Source: Sedimentisphaerales bacterium | GTDB lineage: Bacteria > Planctomycetota > Phycisphaerae > Sedimentisphaerales > SM23-30 | Strand: one strand, 5' to 3' | Assembly (NCBI GenBank): GCA_963666285.1 | Contig: OY762711.1 | DNA: 64,000 nt | Shown: positions 20,058-29,200 of the stretch, one piece after another | Numbering within the stretch: the stretch's first letter is position 1 | Layout of the letters: the number at the start of each line of letters is the position of its first letter | Notes under the pieces: model-generated | What the model was told of the DNA's origin: nothing | Database searches by the model: none | The model's input: only the letters and a program-made list of their open reading frames with translations | Program-made: the position numbers and the translations under genes

Positions 20058-21891
20058 CCTCGCTTCGCTCGGACCAGACATAGTCTGGACTAGGCCTCGC
20101 TTCGCTCGGAGACGAATTGAAATTGTAATGTCTAATAACCGTTCATTCTGAACGGAAAGGCCAGTGACAAATCGTTTTAATATTCTGTTTTTATTGAGCG
20201 TTGTTTATGTTTAAGACGAAGTTTTCGTCGTTGTTATGTTTTAACGAGAGCTGATTTTTGCTGGTAATCATTTTTTGTTGGCTCTCTACTATTGGAAGGT
20301 ATGTCGAAAGTGCGCTGATTTTATGGGTGGGATGGTTGGTGTGGAAATTTGTAAGGTGTTGGGGATAAGCGGGATAAAATTTTTGAAGATTTTAGATTTT
20401 CGCGTTTTGGTGGTTGTAAAAACGCGGTGATTTTTTCGAGAAAATCAGTGGCCAGGAATCAGGTTTCAGGTGCCAGGGAAGGTTGCTCGCTACCGATCGC
20501 GGGTAATTGATGGATGTCGGGAGGTGTGTGGGATATAAACGAGGCAGCGCGGCGGTGGGACGGCGGTGAAAAGGGTAACGGATTTGAGCGGCGGGGAATT
20601 GCGGGCTGCGGGCAGTATACGGCGGAACGTTGAATGGGTGCGGCGGTATACGGACGGGAACGGAGCGGAGACGCGGGAGGCAGGTAAAAAGTAAGAGGTA
20701 AGAGGTAAAAGGTGAGGTGTCTTGTACCGTACGGTACAGGACCTTATTTTAAGCGGCTGACGCCTTAAAAAAAGAGAACCACAGATGAACGCAGATGCAC
20801 ACTGATAAAGAAAGAAATGGAAAGCGTTTCTGAAGTATCAAGTATAAAGGATAAAGTATAAAAAATCAAGAGAGCTTGTCAGCAGCGAGTTGCCAGCGAC
20901 CAGCAACCAGCGGTCAGTTAAGAGGAAATACGTGCCGAGCGACGGAGGTCGCTGAATAGTTGACAGGAGAAAAGGAGAACAGGCAATCAGCTACGAGCTG
21001 CGAGCGGTCAGCTGCCAGCAGATAAAATTCGTGCTACGCACTCTGGCACATCATTGGATGAGTCCAATGATGTGAAGGAGTCGCTGACGCGACCTGTTTA
21101 AATAATGTGCCGAGCTTGTGCTCAGCGTTCCCAGGGGGAAAGAAGGTATTAGGTGTTGGGTATTTGGTATTAGGAAAGGTAACGGCTTCGCCGAGGCTAA
21201 TTGATATATAAGTGAGAGTATTGGGGTGAAGGATGGGTTAAAAAACGGAATGAAATTGAAGGGTGCGGAGATGTTATGCCGGGTGCGGGAAGAATAACGG
21301 TGGGCTGGGAATTTTGCGGGAATTGTTGTAAGTTGTTATTTTGGGTTTGTGGGCGGACCAGACAGGTGCCGTGAAGCGGCATCTGAAGTCTGAAGTTTGA
21401 AGTCTGAATTCTGAAAAGATGGTGTTCGCCTGGCGGCGAGCTACGCTAAATGAAAAATGAATAATTAAAAGTGAAAAATTAAGGTGTCCGCTTCGCGGAT
21501 GGCTTGTTTTAAATGGCTACCGCCGAACGACCGAAGGTCGTTAGAGATTAGAGCAGATGATAGTAGAACAGGCAATCAGCGACGAGCTACGAGCGGCCAG
21601 CGGTCAGCGGTCAGTGAAGAGGAAATACGTGCTGCGCACTCTAGCGGCGAGCGAACAGCAAGCAGCCAAGCTGCTAGAAATTATAATCTCGATGTGCAAC
21701 TGGATTTCGCTATGCTCAACAATTGGTACTCGTGGCGATGTTGGATTGGATGGAAAAAATATTATTCAGGAAGAATAAATCGGTTGCTCGCAGAGGCCGC
21801 AAAGCTCGCAAAGAATATTACTTGACCATGAAGGAAGTGAAGAGCTTGAAGAAAGAAGTTTAAATTAAGAATTCAAAATTAAGAAAACAAT
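20058..21891. repeat. Gene-free mosaic of short tandem repeats (7-10-mers) and mini-hairpins
   Basis: More than 12 degenerate tandem tracts, e.g. GGTAAGA 20683-20717, AGTATAA 20834-20861, GGTATTA 21145-21174, TCTGAAG 21382-21416, AAATGAA 21448-21482, 10-mer CACAGATGAA 20780-20806, 9-mer CTCGCAAAG 21787-21813; many hairpins. Confidence 0.85.
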
Positions 21892-21957
21892 TGTCTGGTC
21901 CTGTGATAAGTTGTCACATTATAGATTTAATGTTTTAACAAATAACAGGAGACAACA

Positions 21958-22377
21958 ATGTTGGTAAGTAAACGAACTTATAATCGCTACAGCGAAGCCT
22001 TTAAATTACAGGTGGTAAATGATCTTGAATCTGGTAAGCTAAGCAGTATTTATGAGGCTAATTCCCGCTATGGGATTTCTGGTACAACAACAGTAAAGAG
22101 TTGGCTAAGAAAATATGGCCGTAACCATTTGATACCAAAGGTGATACGCGTGGAAAAACTAGATGAACAAGATCATGTAAAGAAGTTAGAATCAGAGATT
22201 AAGCAGCTTAAAGAAGCGTTAGCAGACAGCCATATAGAGAATATTGTAAGTGAAGCCAGGTTTCAGGTTATTTGTAAAGAATACGGGCTGGATCCCGAGG
22301 AGTATAAAAAAAAAGTCGATACCAAACGGTTCAACAAGCGTCCGAGGCAACCGTTGAAAAGAAAGAGGAAAAAATAG
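21958..22377 (+). CDS. IS3-family transposase OrfA (HTH + coiled coil)
   Basis: RYSEAFKLQVV...YGISG.TTV..WLRKY; AGGAGA SD; A9 run at 22306-22314. Confidence 0.9.
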   Translation: MLVSKRTYNRYSEAFKLQVVNDLESGKLSSIYEANSRYGISGTTTVKSWLRKYGRNHLIPKVIRVEKLDEQDHVKKLESEIKQLKEALADSHIENIVSEARFQVICKEYGLDPEEYKKKVDTKRFNKRPRQPLKRKRKK

Positions 22378-23150
22378 CGATAACTTCCTTATGCAAAGCT
22401 GTTGGCATGAGTCGTCAGAATTATTATAAATCACATAAAGTTCGGCGCAGGCGGCACTATGAAAAAGACCTGATAATATCTTTGGCCAGGCTGGAAAGAT
22501 CATTGCAGCCTGAGATGGGTTGCAGAAAGGTTTTGAAGCGTATAAAGCCCAAACTGGCAAAAGCCGGTATTAGTATAGGGCGAGATAGATTTTATGAAAC
22601 GATGTCAGAAGCAGATATGTTGATAGAGCGTAAAAAGCGAAGTGTGACAACGACAGACAGTCGTCATAACTTTAAGACTTATAAGAATATACTGAAAGAT
22701 GAAGAGCTTACAGGAGCCAATCAGGCCCTGGTAAGTGATATAACGTACATATATACAGATGAAGGATTTATGTATCTGTCGTTGATAATGGATGCATTTA
22801 GTCGCAAGATAGTTGGCTATGACTGTAGTGATAGTTTGGAAGCAGAAGGTTGTTTGCGTGCATTAACAAAGGCGATAAAGCAATTGCCCAAAGGTAGTAA
22901 TACGATACATCATTCAGATCGTGGCAGTCAGTATTGCTGCCATAGATATATAGATAAGCTTAAAAGAAATGGGCTGCGAGTTAGTATGACCGAAGATAAT
23001 CATTGTTATGAGAATGCCCAGGCCGAGAGGTTAAACGGTATATTGAAGCACGAGTATGGATTGAAGAATACGTTTAAGAAAAAAGCTCATGTTCATGCTG
23101 CGGTTAAACAGGCGATAGAACTGTATAATACCTATAGAAACGGAAAGTGA
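22314..23150 (+). CDS. IS3-family transposase OrfB (DDE), reached by -1 frameshift; C-terminus looks shortened
   Basis: -1 frame open from 22314 (LCKAVGMSRQNYY), VSDITY, HHSDRGSQY, ENAQAERLNGILKHE; stop codon lies inside IRR. Confidence 0.9.
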   Translation, partial: SRYQTVQQASEATVEKKEEKIAITSLCKAVGMSRQNYYKSHKVRRRRHYEKDLIISLARLERSLQPEMGCRKVLKRIKPKLAKAGISIGRDRFYETMSEADMLIERKKRSVTTTDSRHNFKTYKNILKDEELTGANQALVSDITYIYTDEGFMYLSLIMDAFSRKIVGYDCSDSLEAEGCLRALTKAIKQLPKGSNTIHHSDRGSQYCCHRYIDKLKRNGLRVSMTEDNHCYENAQAERLNGILKHEYGLKNTFKKKAHVHAAVKQAIELYNTYRNGK

Positions 23151-23291
23151 CAACTTTAAATCAGGACTTGACAAATTGAAAAATAACCTCTCCATCAATA
23201 ATCTTTAATAAATTATGCCATGACAAAAATGCCAGGCTTAAACATATCTCTATATGTACCGACAGGTTAAACAAATACACGCCAATAATTA

Positions 23292-24254
23292 CTACTTTAA
23301 ATCTCTACCAACAACTAGCACATTAGGTAAATTTTCTTTTAAATATTGATAACCATGCTTTGTGATACCTGTCCTACTAATATTTAAGCTACCAAGCTTA
23401 GGAAAAGAAATAAGATTCTGTATTGAATTATCCGTTATCTTGGTGCCATCTAATGACAGATTTTCTAATTTTTTAATCCCTATTAAATGCTCAACTCCAA
23501 CGTCTGTTAGATTGGTATCACTTAGTTTTAATTTATACAGTTTTTCTAAATTCCGCAAATTTACAATTGCATCATCATCAATTTCCAAATTGGAAACAAA
23601 CAACTCTTCAATATTTTGGAAATTAAATATTTTTTGCATTCCACTATTTGTTACTTGCGTACCAGAAATCCTTAATGCTTTAAGCCCTGTAGTTCTACTT
23701 AACATTTCCTCCAAAGCAATATCACAAAAGTTTGTTTCATTTGCATTCAAACAACTCAAAGCGTATAAAACTTTATCTAATTTCAAGACACCTTGCGAAG
23801 AAATATTGTTTTTTGACAAAGCTAAATCGTTTAGATTATGAAGATTGCCTAAATAAACTAATCCTTCATCGGTAATCATATTACCATCTAACCATAGCGT
23901 ATCTAAAGACTCAATATTTCCTACATGTACCAAACCTTCATTATGTAAACTCACATTATCTAAATCCAGTAAATATATATTAACATTTTGAACTAATTTT
24001 AAAGCATCTTCATCAAACTGTGAGTCATGCAGGAAAACTGATTCAACCTTATTTAATTTTGAAATCACTTCAAAAATGGTTTTATCAACTTGACAATTTT
24101 CTAAATGGATAGATCCAATAGCATAGTATTTTCTCCAGCCCGGCAAATCCCACATATCCGGTTCTTTGAGATTATGTATAACCTCAATATAACCACCGGC
24201 AGCTTCAACTGCCTTCCTAACTTCTTTTAAAACTTTTCTATCTTCCATATACAA
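23292..24254 (-). CDS. Leucine-rich repeat protein
   Basis: Repeated LxxLxLxxtxItDxGLxxL units; visibly AT-rich relative to neighbours. Confidence 0.9.
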   Translation of the reverse strand: MYMEDRKVLKEVRKAVEAAGGYIEVIHNLKEPDMWDLPGWRKYYAIGSIHLENCQVDKTIFEVISKLNKVESVFLHDSQFDEDALKLVQNVNIYLLDLDNVSLHNEGLVHVGNIESLDTLWLDGNMITDEGLVYLGNLHNLNDLALSKNNISSQGVLKLDKVLYALSCLNANETNFCDIALEEMLSRTTGLKALRISGTQVTNSGMQKIFNFQNIEELFVSNLEIDDDAIVNLRNLEKLYKLKLSDTNLTDVGVEHLIGIKKLENLSLDGTKITDNSIQNLISFPKLGSLNISRTGITKHGYQYLKENLPNVLVVGRDLK

Positions 24255-24484
24255 CTAAGCCCTAATTATCTCTCTTTGTAAAACCATATATTTCTGAGTG
24301 ATAATGATAAGGGGAAAATGGGAACGGGTCAAATGGTATTTGTAAGGTGTTTGGATGTAGGCAGATTAAGGTGAAAATACCAAACTTGGTTAAAAGGTGT
24401 GCCATGATTGACTTTTGGGAAAGTGAGGCTAATAATAATTTTACGGTTTTTTTTGGAATAATTTTAGCTACAGGAGATTATGTA

Positions 24485-26029
24485 ATGTTTAAGTATGGTT
24501 ATTTCATATGGTTAATTGTAACATTAATATCAGTTATAAGTTTTGGTGCGAGCTGTCCGCCGCTGGATTTCGAGGAGCTGCCGTTAGATACGGCAGTTAC
24601 AAATCAATATACGGGCGTGACATTTTCGGTTCAACCACAAAGCTGCGTCGGTTCGCCAAAGCTTTATATGCGAGTTAAAGAGCCGACATCAGGCGGGACA
24701 TCATCAGGCGACAATGCGTTGATAATCGATACCGGTTGTCCTGATTTCAGCAGTGATTATCTCAGGATGGATTTTCAGCAGCTGCAGAGAAGTGTGAGCT
24801 TCTTCCTGGGAGCGATAGACGGCGGCAGCGGCATAGCATATAATGTTCGCAGCTATGACTCAAACTATACATTACTATCGTCAGTAATATACGTGAGCAC
24901 AACCGGGGTAAATAAGCTGGTAACCGTAGATAGTGATGATGGAACATTTAAGATAAAAAGGATCGAAGTGGAGTCAACTATTGGATACTGGGAGGCCATA
25001 GATGACCTGGTGTATGAGATGCCGGTAAATGTGATAATCGATTCTCCGACATTTCTCGAAACGGTCTGCGAGGAAGTAGACATCTACGGGATAGCCTGTT
25101 ATGGGTCAGGCGAAGATAAACTGGAATATTTGAAATGTACCGACCCGCCCGGAACGGACTGGACGCTGGTAAAAGAATATCATAACCCGGTATGCAGTTC
25201 AGGTTTATTGTATACCTGGGATACGACCGGTTTGGACCATGGCTATTATTATGTAAAAGTTACGGCGACTAATAGCTGTGGGTATTCGGCTTCCAATACG
25301 GTAACTGTTTTTGTCGATAAGCTTTTTAATACGGTTGAGATCCAATATCCCCAGCATAAAAGCATAAAAGGCGGTAACGCCCTGTGTATTTACGGTACAG
25401 CCTGGGATAACCATAGTTTCGATGAGTATACAGTTGACTACAGCGAGGATGGGTCAACATGGATGCCGGTAGATGCCGGTTCGCCCAGCTACAGTTCATC
25501 GAAGATCAATGAACGGCTGGCAACCTGGGACACAACCAGTTTGGCTGACGGTATATACCAGATAAAGGTAACCGGCGTGGATGAGTGCGGTAATGCAGAA
25601 GATGAGACATATAAGATCATAATTGATAATACTGTGCCGGTAGTAGATATCAGCAATCCATCCCCCTGCGATACAATAATCGGACCGGTAACGGTAAAAG
25701 GGATAGCGTATGATGACAATATAAGCAGATGGGTTCTTCAGTACACAGGCGGACCGTATGATGGCTGGGTAACCCTCGCGAGCGGTACAAGCAGCGTGTG
25801 GAAAGATACACTGGCAGTAATCGATACTTCAGGCTGGGACCCCTGCTGTTATACCCTGCGTCTGCGGGTATGGGACCAGGCACAACTTAACTGCATGAGT
25901 GATGATTATAATTATAATGAATACCTGGTATCGTTCAAGGTTGGATATATTGCAGATATTAACAATGACGGAAGGGTTGATATGGCAGATTTCAGATACC
26001 TGGCGGAACAGTGGCTGCTGGGAACTTAA
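24485..26029 (+). CDS. Secreted Cys-containing protein with three Ig-like repeats and a C-terminal dockerin-like tag (likely start ATG 24485)
   Basis: CAGGAG SD; signal peptide; three (W/I)DT(T/S)..(G/C).Y.(I/L/V)(K/R) repeats; ADINNDGRVDMADFRYLAEQWL. Confidence 0.8.
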   Translation: MFKYGYFIWLIVTLISVISFGASCPPLDFEELPLDTAVTNQYTGVTFSVQPQSCVGSPKLYMRVKEPTSGGTSSGDNALIIDTGCPDFSSDYLRMDFQQLQRSVSFFLGAIDGGSGIAYNVRSYDSNYTLLSSVIYVSTTGVNKLVTVDSDDGTFKIKRIEVESTIGYWEAIDDLVYEMPVNVIIDSPTFLETVCEEVDIYGIACYGSGEDKLEYLKCTDPPGTDWTLVKEYHNPVCSSGLLYTWDTTGLDHGYYYVKVTATNSCGYSASNTVTVFVDKLFNTVEIQYPQHKSIKGGNALCIYGTAWDNHSFDEYTVDYSEDGSTWMPVDAGSPSYSSSKINERLATWDTTSLADGIYQIKVTGVDECGNAEDETYKIIIDNTVPVVDISNPSPCDTIIGPVTVKGIAYDDNISRWVLQYTGGPYDGWVTLASGTSSVWKDTLAVIDTSGWDPCCYTLRLRVWDQAQLNCMSDDYNYNEYLVSFKVGYIADINNDGRVDMADFRYLAEQWLLGT

Positions 26030-26148
26030 TAACACGAACTTACCTGTGGCTAATTTGAGAGGTATCGTTGGGCACAAGGCGAAGAGTTGCTAAAGCAATT
26101 GATAATATAAGGTACTTCACAATATAATAACAAAGACATGTATTAAAA

Positions 26149-26190
26149 AAGGTCTGGCCCGTTACACAAACAGGTCAGACCTTGTATTTT
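26149..26190. terminator. Bidirectional terminator-like hairpin between convergent genes
   Basis: AAGGTCTGGCC...GGTCAGACCTT with A-tract before and T-rich tract after. Confidence 0.65.
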
Positions 26191-26209
26191 ACATATCAGG
26201 ACACATTTG

Positions 26210-29200
26210 CTAGATCCTGGTCGGGAATAATGCTTTCAGATCGCTGAAAGATGCCGAACTGTTGTATGTGCCGAGCCCCATGCCGCCATCTGTGACGGAG
26301 GAATCGAAAGTGAAAGCAACAGTCTTTGAGCTATCCAGCATGATACTGGCGACATTACCATTCAGCACGAGTCTGAGGCTATAGTCGGTATCCTTTTTGA
26401 GCTTAGCAGAGACCCTGGAATCGATAACCCAGCCATCTTCGGTTCTATGGCCGATTACCAGTTTATTCTTTGAAGCATTGATACCGGCAAATTTGAAGTT
26501 AGTTTCACTGACATAGTCGAAGATAATATACCCTTCAATCGAATAGCCGCGGCCAAGACTGTCGATATTGACAGTAGCAGAGATTTCAGAATAGTCAGCA
26601 AGTGTGCCGGAATCGAGCAGCTGCATAACAGCCTGAGTTTTCTTTTCGGTAACGGCGACCGTAACAGCTTCGTCCAGCAGGTCAGACTGTGAACCGGCCG
26701 GCATAGAAGAAAGGTCCAGCCTCATGCCGATAGCATGGTTGAATACCAGCTCTGCCCTGTCGGATATGGCAGAACTCTCAGTATCAAGCAGTACTTTGCC
26801 CTGAGAATCGATAGAATTGAACAGGAGGCCGCCGATAAGCTCGTTATAGGTTGGTGAAAGAGTATTAGATCCGCCATTGGAGATACTGCCGAGAACGCTG
26901 TCGATCTGGTCTTTACCGGTACCGCCGATAAGAACGGAATCTTCAGAGGTTGATGTCATAACATCATCGCCCCACTGGCCCAGGACAAGCGAAGCACCAT
27001 CAACACTAATATTTTCACTATCTATAGTGCTGGTACTGGCATCGTAATCCTGCAGGGTATGTTTAAGCTGCCTGGAAACATCCAGATTGGCAACATTAAA
27101 TTTGATATTTCTGTCCGGCAGATAGGTATCAGACAGGCCAGAGGTGACAATGCCAAAGATAGAAGCACTATCGCCAAAGATAATGTCCTGAGACGATGTA
27201 CTGACGATAGTATCATTACCGGCATTGAGGGTGATCTTTGTCTTGTTGCCGCCGCGATCGATGTAGTTGTTATGATGCCAGGTAGAAGGCGAGATAGAAT
27301 ACTGGGTGTCATACCTGTCATTGATAAAGGTTGACAGATCTTTGAGCAGGTTAGAAATATCCCTGTCAGCCAGTTTCTGATCTTCGTAACTGCCGAGGTC
27401 AACAACCGGAACTGCGATAACCGCAGCATTACCAAAGATTATATCCTGACCATCCTCGTTTTGGATGATATTGTTATGAATAGACTGGGTATAGCTGTAA
27501 TCCCAGGTAATATCATCAAGCTGGTTGTTGGCATATTTCAAACTGTCGAGTTTGAGTGAATTCTGATGTTTTTTGAGATCCTTGAGCCAATCAGAAGCAG
27601 ATTTGGCCAGTATGGAATCGACATTACTTACCAAAGAAGGGTCTATATCAGAATCATCACCGGCAGTATAAGGTCCGGCATCGACAGAAGCTGATATTAA
27701 TGTACCATTATCGCCAACAACGAGGTCGTTACCCAATCCGGAATCGATAATGTCGTTATTGACAACCAGAGCATGAAGGTCAGGATCAACCTGGTCGGAA
27801 GCGGCAATCTTATACTTTTTACTGTTTTCGGCACCAACATCCTCGATCATATCACCAATAACCTGATGGTGCATCTGGAATAAGGCTGAATCGATATCGG
27901 TTGCTACCCAGGCAGCATCCAGCAGATAGTCTTGCAGCTGTTTGGCCTGATCCATATACCTGTATTCGAGGTCCGGCATGCCATTGACGAAAGATTTTAC
28001 GATAAGACCGTCATCGCCAAAGATAATATCATCACCGGAACCGCCAATGACAGAATCGTTACCAACTTCGAGATAGTAGGTATCAGCATTTGCTCCGGTC
28101 AGGTATTCATAGTCAAGAGCCAGCCCTGAGAGACTGTAGGAAAGCTGCTGGATAGAATCCCAGACGGTATCCCTGGCGTCAGTTATGGAATCCAGCTCGT
28201 AGGTGAGTTCAGACTGGAAAGTACCGCCGTCGGCCATGACAAGGTCATCACCATCACCGGCTTCGATAATATCCCTGCCGTCGAGGACATCGGTATGCCC
28301 GGCGACATCAGGAATAATAGAGAAATACGGCCGGAGAGATGTACTGTCGTCGAGGGGTATATCAGAGACATCGTTATCCAATACATACTGCTGGACGCTA
28401 TCGGGCAGGACCGAACCTATAGCAGAACTGTAAACAAACGGAGAAGCAACATTGACACTCTGCGGTTCAATAGTGACCGGAGAAGACAAAACAGTACCGA
28501 GCTGGCTAATAACAACACCAGAGCCTTCCTGGGCAATATCAGCAATGAGCCTGACACCGTTGTAAATATACGGGAGATCAGAGTCGGTAGTAACAATATT
28601 AGACGCAGAATCGCCAAATATGGTATCATTGCCGTCGCTGCCGTAGAGATAATCGTCGCCACGATAGCCGAAGATATAGTCGTTGCCATCGCCGCCATCA
28701 ATAGTATTGGAGACAATCTGGAGGATATCTATGCCCAGCAGGTAAGTCTGCCAGGTATTGTCGCTGGTAACCTTGGAATTGTCCTGGTTAAACTGCCCTA
28801 CCGCAATGACCATATCAGATTCGAACAGCATAGAGGCAATAAGCTGATCTGCCAGATCAAGTCTGCCGCTGGTAGAAATAATGGAAGTAACCTGGGCAAT
28901 GTCTTCCAGCATAACATCTCTATGCCAGGAGCCGTCCTCGTTGATCAGCGGGTTACCGGAGTCATCATAGCCGCGATAAATAGTACCTTCATTGGCAATA
29001 AGAATATCGCTTTCGGAACCGCCTGAGATATCGTCACTGCCGAGACCGCCGATAATCTCATCGTTACCGGCATTGCCATAGATAGTATCATCACCATATT
29101 GACCGAAAATGCGGTCATCGCCGAGTCCGCCTGTGATAATATCATTGCCATAGACACCAGGGGTGACAAGATTGCGGGTAACATCGCGGATGACATCAGC

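Larger units (their letters stand above)
21892..23173 (+). mobile_element. IS3-family insertion sequence (1282 bp) with 3-bp AAT target duplication
   Basis: IRL TGTCTGGTCCTGTGATAAGTTGTCAC (21892-21917); IRR revcomp TGTCAAGTCCTGATTTAAAGTTGTCAC (23147-23173); TG...CA ends; AAT at 21889-21891 and 23174-23176. Confidence 0.93.

Noticed and set aside
21484..21825. ORFs 21484-21825, 21557-21778 and 21197-21382
   Set aside because: They run through heptamer repeats (QR/SG/AS low-complexity translation), with no SD and no recognisable family; likely spurious.
20058..21891. CRISPR array or integron attC array
   Set aside because: No constant 23-47-nt repeat with regular spacers, no cas or integrase gene, and no consistent RYYYAAC...GTTRRRY boxes seen.
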